In this document: positions 42,001 to 53,507 of the stretch, piece after piece
Numbering within the stretch: position 1 is the stretch's first letter
Layout of the letters: every line of letters starts with the position of its first letter
Source: Perna viridis
Taxonomy: Eukaryota
DNA: 64,000 nt
Assembly: GCA_037379345.1 (NCBI GenBank)
Contig: CM074524.1
Span: forward strand, 27,896,750-27,960,749
Reading direction: 5' to 3'
Program-made: the position numbers and the translations under genes
The notes under the pieces: model-generated
Seen by the model: only the letters and a program-made list of their open reading frames with translations
Database searches by the model: none
What the model was told of the DNA's origin: nothing

Positions 42001-43802
42001 GTCAGCTTTAGCCATGTTGTCGGTAACTCTGACGACCTGCTTTCCTGTGATACGTCCGGGCTTAGCCACTCTTCCGAAAGGTTCTCTGCAATTATACATT
42101 TAACAAATTCTAAAATCGGTAATTACATGTAAATAAACAGATTGCCAGTAAAATACACTACGAAAATATATAGTAACTATCCGTCAGCTTTAGTTTATTA
42201 TATAAAATACATGTTACTATTATGAGCATACAGAAGTAATATATAAAAGATGCATAGTTTACTCAATAGAACTGACTACAATATTATTACACTGTGTTTG
42301 CACGATTCAAAGGATTTGAAAATTGTTTGGTGTTGGTAATACGGTTTAGGCAAGGTTTCCTTAGTAATATGGTTTTGGCAAGGTTCCTTAGTAATACGGT
42401 TTAGGCAAGGTTTCCTTAGTAATACGGTTTTGGCAAGGTTCCTTAGTAATACGGTTTAGGCAAGGTTTCCTTAGTATTTTTGTGAGACGGGTATTACCGG
42501 AGTTCGTTATAGAGTTTCCATTATACTTTGTTATAACTTACGAAGATTCAGTTGAGAATTCTACATAGTCAGCCTCGTTTTTACGTGGAGTGAAGGTGAT
42601 ACACTCCCGTCCGCCGCTGTAAGTATCAAACTGAATCTCCTGGATAGAGGCAAGAACTCTTTCTCTTGTGAATCCAGCTGAAAGTGAAATTAACATTTTA
42701 TTCATTCTTGAACTGCTAGGTTAAGTAAATAAAAGCTGAAAAAAAGTTTTTAATTACATAAAAAAAACAAAAACAAATCCAAACATCAACAAAAAACAAC
42801 CAAAAAACAAAAAATAAAAAAAATAAAACATAAAAATAAAACAGAGGAAAAAGTACGGGCTGACTGTATTGTGCACTTTGGCATTGCTGAGTTGAAAAAA
42901 ATATGACAATGCCCTTATGAAACCCAGATAGTACTTTCTTAAGTCATTATGCAAATATTAGTGCATGCATCTACCGAAGCTAACCAACTCAATTTACCTA
43001 GGGTATTGACATGTCTGCATAACTCAGTTAAGTAAAAAATGTTATGTTGATTAAACCGACTGAGAAAAAAAATTAAAAAGCTCAATTAATGCGCTGATTT
43101 ACGAAACTAATAACTGAACAAAATTTGTACTTACTGACTGATGGGGAGAATGTGATGGGAATTCTCCCGAAAGGCCAGAGTAGTACACTGTCATCTGCTG
43201 CGCGCTTCTGTAAATTGAAGAAGAGAATGATATATTAAAGCCATTGTTTTGAAAGAGAAGAGGAAAATAACACATTTACATTCATTCACTGTATCAGGCC
43301 TCCCAAAGCATGGAGATTACTTCATATAACAAAGGTCTAATTTACAACCAATTAAGTTTAAAAAACGATTCTAAACTGTTTATAGTTCTCAGCTTTATAC
43401 ATTTTCAGTAATGCATTAACTTTTTGCTAGCCAAGATCATTTGAAAAAAAACTTCCTCAACATCCAAAAAAAAAAAACGATTTTGAATCAAGATATTTCA
43501 CAGATTATATGTATTGCTTAAGGTGTACTTTTTATGCCCAGTTTGTATGACGGTACACTTGCAATCTATTCATTAACTGTTTCCGTGATAAATATGCATG
43601 TCTATAAAACTGCTAACAGGAAGATATCATTTCACTACCGCTTCCGCTATCTATTTAACTGCTTAAGTGCAATGATAACTTTAAACCTGAGTAAATGCAT
43701 CAAACACAATAAAAATCAAGTATATTGTCCTACCTGAACGCTTGCGCAGACAGCACAGTGGACAACTACGGTCAGAACAGCGGCTAGCCTTAGACAATTC
43801 AT
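39067..43802 (-). CDS. Gene A: secreted astacin-like (M12A) pseudoprotease + MAM domain, 9 coding exons, 395 aa
   Basis: Exons (minus strand): 43802-43734, 43207-43135, 42677-42542, 42085-41901, 41641-41426, 41234-41199, 40910-40773, 40220-39976, 39156-39067. All introns are GT-AG, phases 0,1,2,1,1,1,1,0 join in frame, 1188 nt ending in TGA. Signal peptide MNCLRLAAVLTVVVHCAVCA; astacin landmarks LWPFGRIP, CITFTPR, RRPNRDDFV, FDYKS, LSDFDIENIRDGYGC; MAM landmarks CDFENDFCQW, TGPNFDY, RLVSP, YCLRFYYYM, GDIALDDI. Confidence 0.92.
39661..39858 (+). mobile_element. PLE 3' tail copy in the last intron of gene A, antisense to the gene
   Basis: Same tail family. Confidence 0.8.
42336..42476. repeat. 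27/28-bp minisatellite, 5 copies, in intron 3 of gene A
   Basis: Unit gtaatacggtttaggcaaggtttcctta alternating with a shorter variant. Confidence 0.92.
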
Positions 43803-43864
43803 TTTTGGCAAATGGCTCAGTAGCACGGTTTACAGATGGTTTTAAAGCTCTCTTATCACGTGGT
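43800..43864 (-). promoter_or_regulatory. Putative core promoter of gene A (ACCACGTG E-box, TATA-like TTTAAAA, Inr-like GAGCCATTTGCCAAA before ATG)
   Basis: CACGTG at 43857-43862, an AT box 10 nt further downstream, and a 15-mer identical to the one before the gene B ATG; spacing matches gene B. Confidence 0.55.
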
Positions 43865-44417
43865 GTAAGACTTAAATTTGAACTACTATTTGACAATTCA
43901 CATTTATCAAAGAAGGTCTCTTATCGGGGGCTGACCCGAAATTTACGTTCGGTCTTTAGGACAACCCACCGTACTTCCATTAAAGGGCATAGTATTTTAC
44001 CTTACTAAATACATGTACTTGTATACCTTTCTTGATAGACTCCCCTTTTTTCCTTCTTCTGAAAGTTTGTGAAGTCATAGTTAGAAAACAAAATAATTAC
44101 GTTTACATTTGAAACAAGTAAAATTAGGCATGTTCTAATGCACATGTTTTTTTTTTAAATTGTAGCATTCAAATTGACTGTTTCTCACTAAACACAGCAT
44201 GCAATGTGTGATGGTCGTTGTATTTTTAATTTGTACTGTTTAGGCTCATGTCGACAGGCAGCTTTTAATCAACAAATAACGTTTAGATTGAATGTTTCAA
44301 AATTCCAATAGCAAAGTCTTATGGATACTAAAATACCAATCTTTGTAAAATGTCGGTATGTGTTTCAAGTAATTACCTTTCATCAACAACAATAGAATGC
44401 TTAAATGATTAAGATTC

Positions 44418-44934
44418 GTTTGTTTGTTTGTTGGGGTTTAACGTCCGAGCAGCAATATTTCAGCTATATTCAGACGATGAACATGAAATTGAGGATAAAA
44501 TGAACATGAAAATATGATGAAATGAAAAAGGGATCGGACACAAGGACAATGGGGTCGACAAATTTTGATTGCCACTGGAAATAGGGAGAGGTGGGTAGAG
44601 TCGGGCAATTTAGCCTCCTGTGGCGGAGCCCTATGGTTCCTACTCCGGGAGAATACCACAGTAGGGTTCTTTAACGTGCGAGGAACATGGCATCTTTCCC
44701 AACACGGTGCACCACTATGGTTTGCGGTCAGGTTTTCCGTATTATAGCCTGACAACCCCAGCATGTAACAAGCCAGAGGTACCCCATTCCACCACCTGGG
44801 GCACACATCCCAGTTACTCTGTGGGCAGAGCGCCCTAGCCCCCGGCTAAGGTTCTGAGCACTATTTAGTCGCCTTTTACGACAAGCTTGGCGCTGCTGCA
44901 GGCCTATTCTTTTAACACCCGGACCTGTACGGTG
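44418..44934 (-). mobile_element. SINE-like non-autonomous retroposon, copy 2, ~600 bp upstream of gene A
   Basis: Perfect 11-bp TSD gattaagattc (44407-44417 / 44935-44945); (aaac)n tail. Confidence 0.9.
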
Positions 44935-47799
44935 GATTAAGATTCAAAAACGAATTGCAAACAAGTTCTCCAAACCAAAAAAAAAAAAAAAAAAAAAATC
45001 GGAATAGGAAGCTAAAGTCAGCATTAATTAATTGCGTTGTGTCTGCATCGCTATTCTATGCAACAGACGTTGTTTTAAGGTTTCATTGGTCATATCCTTA
45101 AGTAAAATCATCAATTACTGCAACAATAAAACAGAGAAATACGCAGAAACTAACATCAATCAAAACGAAAATCGTTGAGAGAATGAAGTTAAAAGCAGCT
45201 AGTATCTGATTTTCTATAAGGCACTGAGTTGCTCAAGTATAATTTTATAAATGAAAATTCGGCAGCCGCATAACTTTGAATTTAATTTGTAGTTAAAGAA
45301 TAGTAATGTGTATGTTTTGCATCAACGACATTGCGAAAGAATTTGCGGATACAAAATATCGCTATCTTTTCATTTTAATTGCATTGCTTCGTTTCTATAA
45401 ATAAGTACTGTTAGGTTACAAAATAAAAAATCAAACAACAACAAAATACGCCTTGAAACTTAGTTAATGTTTGATTTTGTAGTGAAATATAAGCGAGCTT
45501 TCATTTTTTCGTGCTCCGTTCGAAACGAAATCTCGCGATGTAATCTGCTCCACGGTACTAGAAACTATAACTAGACCGTATACCGTGTGGCGAATTGTTT
45601 GGGCGGGTGTAAAGTTTAGCGATTATAACCAAAATTTTGGCGTTTTTCTTTTTTTTCGGATCCTTGGTGGTGCATGCGAAAAAAAAATAAGCCCAGAGTC
45701 AACATATCGCAGAATTGATTTTGACGTTGTTGTAATACGACAAAATTAACATCCCACAAAGTTTACCCGGTATTCGGTACTCAGTGCATGGTAGGTGAAT
45801 TTGTTTTGTTGAATTGTCTTTCAGTATTAGTTTTATAACATCGACTATTGCATTTTTAGGTACTATACAGTTGTCTTAATCGAAAACTCTTTGTCTATAT
45901 AATTTTGTATAAGATATTTTAGAATTGTAATTATATTAAGGTACGAATTGGGGTGTGTGAAACCGATAACTGCTTTCTAGACAATCGTCCGATGAACTAA
46001 ATACCTGCGAAAGTTAGATTTAGGGTTACTCTGTTTCAGACGGTAATTTCATATTTAGCCAAGGCGAGAGATATAGGCGTAGCAACCTAGAAATTAAATT
46101 AATAAGAAAATAAGTGGGGGGTAATCAGTTAAAGGGACATATCTTTACGTCAACGAGATCACGCGACGACGTCGGAATTTAACGTAATTTCAATACACAC
46201 GGAACAATTATCTTTGAATGTTATATAAGGCATAAATGGACAGAGCGGTTATACATTGGCCTAAACAAATAAATGTTGAAATATTTCCGATAATGATTCA
46301 AAATATTTGATCAGGTCTTCAATTGGAATACACAGAAAATATCTTACTTGAAGGATTCGGATGAGTAAAATGCTTAATTGGACTGGAATCATTCTGGTAG
46401 TTTTTAATCGAACTTGACCTTTAGTTACTAGCTGGTCACTAGGGCGTCTCATGTAGGGCGTCGACTGCCAGATACAATTGTTATAATATAAAAAGAGCCT
46501 CAAAAGTGTAGGCGTACGGATGCTTAAGGTTTCTTTCAAATTTTTGATTTCAGATAGAAATTAATTTTTGAACAAACTTATCTAATCACACGTTTATCTT
46601 TGTATTGTACCCCACATTCAAAACAAATTTATTTATATTACTAAAGTGAATCAAAACAAACTACCCAAAATGATCAGAAATTAGTAGTACAAGCGACCTT
46701 TTTAGGGTTTGTGGTTAACTGACATTCAAGAGTATATCAAACAAAAACATGAAATTTTCTGCGCCGTAAATGTAGTACTATAAGGTGCTGAGTGTCTTTG
46801 TTCACATGCGCCTTTGTTTGTAAACATTGATAATATCGGTGAAAAGGACTAAGTTTCTGACGTATTTTGTGGTTTTGTCTTGTGCTATTTATTCACGATT
46901 TTCGAAAGGTTCAATACGTGCATTCGTCCAAAGTATAGGGGACATAGTTCACTTTAGGACAACTCATTTTGTTTGTAAACAATCGAACTAAATGCATATA
47001 CATGTACAAGTATTGCTAACGTTCTTTCATGTACACGTACTCATTTGGTGTGTACTGTGGTTATTAGAACAATGTCTGAAATAGTTCTTATATAATAGTA
47101 TGGTTAAAGACGAAAAACTTTTAGACAGATTTGATGAGGCAGCAACATTATAAGAGTGAATCGGTGCTGCTGACATACTACATGTATCACATAATTAAAT
47201 ATACCATCCGGATACTCCCCAGGCATTCCATCCATCATATCATCCTTCTGAGAGTATTAGCTGACTCGCGATATAAAATGACTTGAACATTTCATAATTG
47301 CTACCTTTAGGCGTGGATATGATGAAATGCTCATTATTGAACAAGGTGCATTTGCAATGTGATCGTCTAGCAATTTGTAAAAGACGCTGCATCATTTTCC
47401 AGCGTCTGGCTTTTTAAGGAAACTTAGGACCTCACCGAGTCGTGGTTCTTATTCATTTTATTGTTGTTCAGTTAAAAAAGAATGGCGCTGTTTGATTTGA
47501 CAATACATTCAACATCATATAAATAATAAATAAATCTTTTCTTCTTTTGATCTTATAAAATAAAACAGAAACCTGGAAACAAGAGTAATGAAATAAATGA
47601 AAGTTTTAAATGAGTTGCCTTGGTTCCCTTGATTATTCTTTCGTTTATGATATTCAAAGGTTGATACAATAGATACATGTAGTTTTTTTACAATGTTTTG
47701 AATATATTTCACGTTAATACAACAGAGTTGATATTTTTGGACCATAATCTTGGCCTAATATCTGTACACCTTTTACTGTTTCATTCATTGACCCCCTCC

Positions 47800-48234
47800 T
47801 AACATTGAAGCAATATTCTTCTTCAGTCAAGTTGTCTTTTATTTCGGCTTCTATAACATTGAAGCTGTATTCTTGTTCAGTCAAGTTGTCTTTTATTTCG
47901 GCTTATATAACATTCAAGTTATATTCTTGTTCAGTCCAGTTGTTTTTTATTTCGGCTTATATAACATTGAAGCTATATTCTTGTTCAGACCAGTTGTCTT
48001 TTATTTTGGCTTCTATAACACTGAAGCTATATTCTTGTTCAGTCCAGTTGTCTTTTATTTCGGCTTCTATAACACTGAAGCTATATTCTTGTTCAGTGCA
48101 GTTGTCTTTTATTTCGGCTTCTATAACATTGAAGCTATATTCTTGTTCAGTCCAGTTGTCTTTCCTTTCGGCTTCTATGACATTGAAGCTATATTCTTGT
48201 TCAATCCAGTTGTCTTCTATTTCGTCTTCTATAA
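47800..48234. repeat. 54-bp minisatellite, 8 copies, ~380 bp upstream of the gene B ATG
   Basis: Unit taacattgaagctatattcttgttcagtccagttgtcttttatttcggcttcta; gives 18-aa periodicity in the ORF track. Confidence 0.95.
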
Positions 48235-48554
48235 AATTATTGGCTCATGCACGAATTTTGTTACCTGCACCTACATGCAAGGTTTTATAGTAGACACAAC
48301 ACCAACATGTACATGTATTAAAGGTTCCAACTTTTCAAGTGCAATATGAGAGTTTAAAAAGTGCTGTCATGACCTAAGACTAAGCTTTTGATTGACAGAT
48401 CGCAAAGTCCGACCCATATTTTCGTTCTCATTCAATTCCATCGTAGTTCAGGGCAAAGAGGACGCCTCTCAGGTCAAGCTAGATAAGAATACTATGTGAT
48501 AAATGACTATAAGGTTCATTATCTTGGGTTTGGATTGAAATTTATAGGGTTGTG

Positions 48555-48618
48555 ACCACGTGGTGTCTTTACAATAAATTCTCAGGTAGACTCTTGTTCG
48601 GAGCCATTTGCCAAAATG
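48555..48618 (+). promoter_or_regulatory. Putative core promoter of gene B (ACCACGTG E-box, TATA-like AATAAAT, GAGCCATTTGCCAAA before ATG)
   Basis: CACGTG at 48557-48562, AATAAAT at 48573, conserved 15-mer at 48601-48615. Confidence 0.55.
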
Positions 48619-48843
48619 AAGTCGGTCGTATTTGTTGTTGCCTTGGCTATCGTTTCCGTACAGGTAAGCCGGGTTTTATACTTTTTTTTTAATTTATCAA
48701 TACTGTGCGTAAATGTTTTAAAATATAGCGCAATGCATATTAGGAAATGCACTTGAGGTTAATGGACATTCTGAGATTCCTTTCAAATGTTGTTTACTCT
48801 TGAATTAATTAAGCAGATTTCTAAACGAAAAGAGAACTCGAAA

Positions 48844-48885
<42 letters not shown>

Positions 48886-51800
48886 GAAAAAAAAATTATA
48901 GAATCACTTTTTTTCAAAAGTGTATTTTACCTTATTGTTTTTATAAAGGAATTTGATAAAAGTCGGATTTTCATCTTATAAAACGAGAAAGAAAATAATT
49001 CTTGTATATCGTAGATTGGTTGTAACATTCATATACATGTATAATTACTTTTGATATTGATTTCAAAAGCAACAACTTTGAAGCAGTAAACTTTACCCAT
49101 ATGCAACTAGAATGTATATGTATCAATGACATTGTCACTTCCGACCCAAGGGGCCATTTACTGGCTAAAGTTAGGTGTCAGGTCAACGTTTTATTAAATA
49201 GCAATGTTAATTCTATTGTAGAGTGCTGTTAGATTGTGGCCCAATGGAATTGTTCCAGTGGCATTCGACGACAGCGTCGGTGAGTATCTAAAAATTATTC
49301 CTACCCATTGCATTTTGCTAAGTATTACATCAGATCAAAGTCCGGTTTCATACTTCACATCCCTAGCTTTTTCTCCAATCTTCACATCCCTAGCTTTTTC
49401 TCCAATCTTCACATCCCTAGCCTTTTCTCCATACTTCACATCCCTAGCTTTTTCTCCAATCTTCACATCCCTAGCTTTTTCTCCATACTTCACATCCCTA
49501 GCTTTTTCTCCATATTTCCTAGCTTTTTCTCCATCCTTCACATCCCTAGCTTTTTCTCCAATCTTCACGCTCAAGCGATCTAATTCGTCGAAATTTGAAT
49601 TGAAGAAGGTTACATGTAAAACTAAAACTGAGACTTTGAATGAAATCGGGTCCTATTATCTATTAACAAAATAATTGCACATTTACCAATCAGAAAACTG
49701 TAACTTAGGTTTAAAACTGTGAAACGATTGTAACATTGGTGATGCTTTGTAGACACTTCCTTACCTAGGACACGAGCATACTCAGCATTTTGTGGAAGAT
49801 AAATTTTGAAGTAAAATGCAAAAAGAGTCATTGCATTTACATGTATCGAGCCTTCAAATTAAGAAAATGGCAACATGTTGTCGTTTATCGGAAAGGGAAA
49901 AAGAATTTTCCTAGAGCCAACGTAGATTTTTTAAACAAAATGCATTGTGTAAGGTAATATATGCCAACATCTCCGGAGTATACTGAAGTACGCATTCTTA
50001 TTGTTTTCTTTGCCTATGTAAAGCATGTTGAACAACTTCTAATGGTGTCTGATTTCAGACGGATTCGCTAAAGAAAAGCTGATGGCATCAATGAACGAGA
50101 TACAGATTAGTACCGATAACTGCATCCAGTTTGTACCAAGAGAGGCTCAGGCCGACTTCGTAGAATTCTCATCAATTAACGGGTTAGTTGATTATTTATA
50201 CGTTATTGAATGATGCTTCGTACTGTATTTAAAAAAAACAACATTTGTTTTTCATTTCAACAAAGCCGAAGTGCTCATTCGTAGGCCTTTTCGCTATGAA
50301 AACTTCCCTCAAAATGGAAGTTGCCACGAGCTAACTACCGCACATAGTAAGATAGACATTGCCAGATTTTCCTTCATTTGAGGCTTTCCTATTGAAGCTT
50401 TAATACCAATAATTTCATTTTTACATTTTTTTTTACATTTCGTTTTGTTTTTCTACAGTTTGACCGAAATCCCAGTTCCAGGGGTTACCAATGGAAAACA
50501 GTTTGTTAAAATCGCAGACAACCTGGAAAAAGCCGATATGATGCAGTTGTTGGCGTACACTCTTGGTATGTACAACACCTTCAGGAGACCCGACAGAGAC
50601 AGCTTTGTTAACATCATGTACGATAACATTAAGGATGGTACGTATATAATCCAGGACAGGGTCCCGGGGACAGCATATTGAATTACGTAACAGTTGGTTG
50701 TACTGTATTCAAGATCAAACCTCTATTATACGTTGGTGTACATGGGGAATCTTGAAGCAGGTTATTTAAATTATAGTTTCTATCAGCAGCAAAATTGCAC
50801 AGATAACTGAATTGCTCTTTGCCTATGCCTATTCATGTCAGCTTCATTTCTACAACAAATTCTCAATGGTAATTCAATAACTTTCAATGATCGAAAATGT
50901 AAAGATTTTTTTCCTTATGTCAAGGTCTTGGTAACTATGTATGGATGTATGTTGATAATACTAATTCACTTACTTTTTACAGAGTACAAACAATATTTCG
51001 CCATTTCTAACGATACCACCTTCATCCAGTCAAGATTTGACTTCAACTCAATCACATTTTTCTACCCATATGCCTACGCCAAGGATCCATCAAAGCCAAG
51101 TATGACAGCTAAATATGAAGGTGATGCAATCCCATGGAAAGTTTCCCTCTCCGTCAACGATGTCCACAATCTTAAACGTGGCTACGGATGCGGAGGAGGT
51201 ATGTCTTATCGTCACAAACAAACGCCTGTCTTAAATTTTCCCGTGTTTAAACGCAGTTTTCCATAAAAAAAATAATATGGCAGATCATAAAAACTATTTT
51301 TATGACACAATTTAAGATTAGAAGATCATCGATGAAGTACAATATCCATCTTAATATTTAGTTTTGAGATATTAGAAAATCAAAATTTATTGACAAGTGT
51401 TGATATCATTATGTAATAATAATACAAAGTAATAAAAACTTATTGTTGACTTTTTACAGACACCACAAACAGAATTGATCTTCTTAAAGGTGAGTAAAAT
51501 ACAATAATCACCAATTAAAAATGTTAGCTATTATCGCCCTTTAGATAATTGGATTTAACGCGGCTGCTGTTGTACGTACTCGTTTTTTCGTTCATTTTAA
51601 AAATTTGATCACACTCACAGTGCTAGTTCAAACTTTCTCACTTGACGCTGCCAGATTATGAAATTTGTCTTGGTAATTGGAACTATCAATTGATATCAGC
51701 ATTGTACCAGTTTTAACCGTTTTAAATACAAAATAATAAAAATACATAATTTTTTTTTAAATAAACAAAAGGAGCATATCTTATAGGAACAGATGTATAT

Positions 51801-53507
51801 CGAATCCGAAAATTAAAAACAAAATTATGCCATTTGAAAAAAAAACTAGCTGTACAGTACCGATATTTTACGTATTTCGAATATCATTCATAAAGAAGGA
51901 AAGTAAAAGTGACTACTTCTATTGCCTTTATTGTTGTCTGCAGAAATATAGCTTTACATTATTATTTTAATCAATATAGGTCTCCAATACTGTAACTTTG
52001 AAAATGGTATGTGCAACTACAGAAATGATCCAACAGCTGATTTTGAATTTACAAGAACAAGAGGACCAACACCAACTGCTATGACAGGACCAAATGCTGA
52101 TTATAGCAGTGGTATTGGTATGTACTTATAAATATCATTCATATAAATGACAACCAAGGACTCCTTCTACTCAATTAGGGTAGTTGGAAGAGACATTCAT
52201 GACAAATTTCAATATATACATTAAACATTAAAGAACTCATTCAAAATACTTAAAATATCATATTTGTGAATTAAAAATACATTTGCAACAAATTCTCATA
52301 ATTCCGAAACATGAATATGTGTTGTAGAAAAACCATTTCAGTTTCTTCTTTTTTTTTTTTTGTATCTCATCTTATTTTTAGTTTTTATTTACGATATCCA
52401 GCGATTCTTCACGCGTACCTTTTCTTCCACGATTTGCATCGTATTTTATCTGTTGTTTTTTTCTATAATGTGTTGTGTCGTATTCAATAAAAAAGAAAAA
52501 TACCATATTTTGCTTCTAGGATATTTCCTATTAGCTGAAGCCAGAACAAATAACATGGAAGTTGCCAGATTATTGAGTTCACCAATCGCTGCTGGTGAAT
52601 ATTGTATCAGATTCTATTATCATATGTACGGTGATAATGTACACAAACTCCGTATAATGAGCAGAGTTGGCGGACAAGACACCCTTCTAGAAGAACTGTC
52701 TGGTAACCAAGGCAACCAGTGGAACAGATATACAAACACCTTTACATTCGGCTCAACAGTTGATGTAAGTACTAAAATATACATGTACTAGTATTATAAA
52801 ACATTTAAAATAGATTAAAACGAACTGATTTTATTTCGTTCAATTATGGTCAATTTTTAAAGGGTTTAAAATATAAAGTAATTAATAGAAAGCGACTAAG
52901 TATAAAAAGAACATGGTAGAATATATCTACTTCCGATTTATTCGTGTTTTGCTAGAGTCTGTTTCGAATTTCCACAGTCGTCATTTGAATCATATTTAAA
53001 GTATATTGTTTTACTTGAGTTGGAGATCATTGATTCTTACAATGAGAATAAACTTGAAAATTCGGGTGTTGAAATACATAAACAATGCATTCTTTTTTGA
53101 CAAGAAATGGGTATGGCAAGACATAACGAATACGTGCCAGCTGAAAGATGTTAATTCGACTGAGGTCATTTTGGATTCTAATTCATATGATTACTTCGGT
53201 TAACAGGCATTTAATGCTGAACCTATTGCCTTGCAACATGAAATAAAGAAAAACAAACTCAAACTCAAAAGTAAAAATTGGTTAAAGCCAAAATACATTG
53301 AAGGCACAATCTAAAATAAAAGAAAAACAAATTTAGTTTATTGAATTCCAAACGTTACGGCTGTTCGTTTATCGGGATATTCATTGATATATATACATTT
53401 TGGTCTTTATTTTACAGTTGGTTATAGAAGCTATCATTAACAGAGTTGACACAGGTGATATTGCCATTGATGATATTTACATGTACAATGGAAAATGCAT
53501 AGTTTAA
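48616..53507 (+). CDS. Gene B: secreted astacin-like (M12A) pseudoprotease + MAM domain, 9 coding exons, 375 aa; paralogue of gene A
   Basis: Exons: 48616-48663, 49222-49279, 50059-50182, 50459-50637, 50983-51198, 51460-51489, 51980-52117, 52520-52764, 53418-53507. All introns GT-AG with the same phases as gene A; exons 5, 7, 8 and 9 have the same lengths as in gene A (216, 138, 245, 90). Signal peptide MKSVVFVVALAIVSVQS, then AVRLWPNGIVP, CIQFVPR, RRPDRDSFV, GYGC; MAM CNFENGMC, TGPNADY, YCIRFYYHMYG, GDIAIDDI. Confidence 0.92.
49351..49570. repeat. 27-bp minisatellite, ~8 copies, in intron 2 of gene B
   Basis: Unit cttcacatccctagctttttctccaat. Confidence 0.95.

Noticed and set aside
44027-44058. 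32-nt AG..GT segment that would add EGKKGSLSRK before exon 2 of gene A, creating an RKKR furin-like propeptide end
   Set aside because: It lies upstream of the signal-peptide exon and conserved promoter, has no counterpart in gene B, and no upstream coding exon was found to feed it.
47805-48349. 161-aa and 158-aa repetitive ORFs
   Set aside because: By-products of a stop-free 54-bp minisatellite; open in two frames with no coding support.
49280-49674. FTSLAFSP-repeat ORF extension and antisense GEKARDVK ORF
   Set aside because: 27-bp intronic minisatellite downstream of a strong donor (gtgagt at 49280).
39067-53507. Calling the genes meprin (MEP1A/B) or active astacin
   Set aside because: No TRAF, EGF or transmembrane domains and no Zn-binding motif; no gene symbol assigned.
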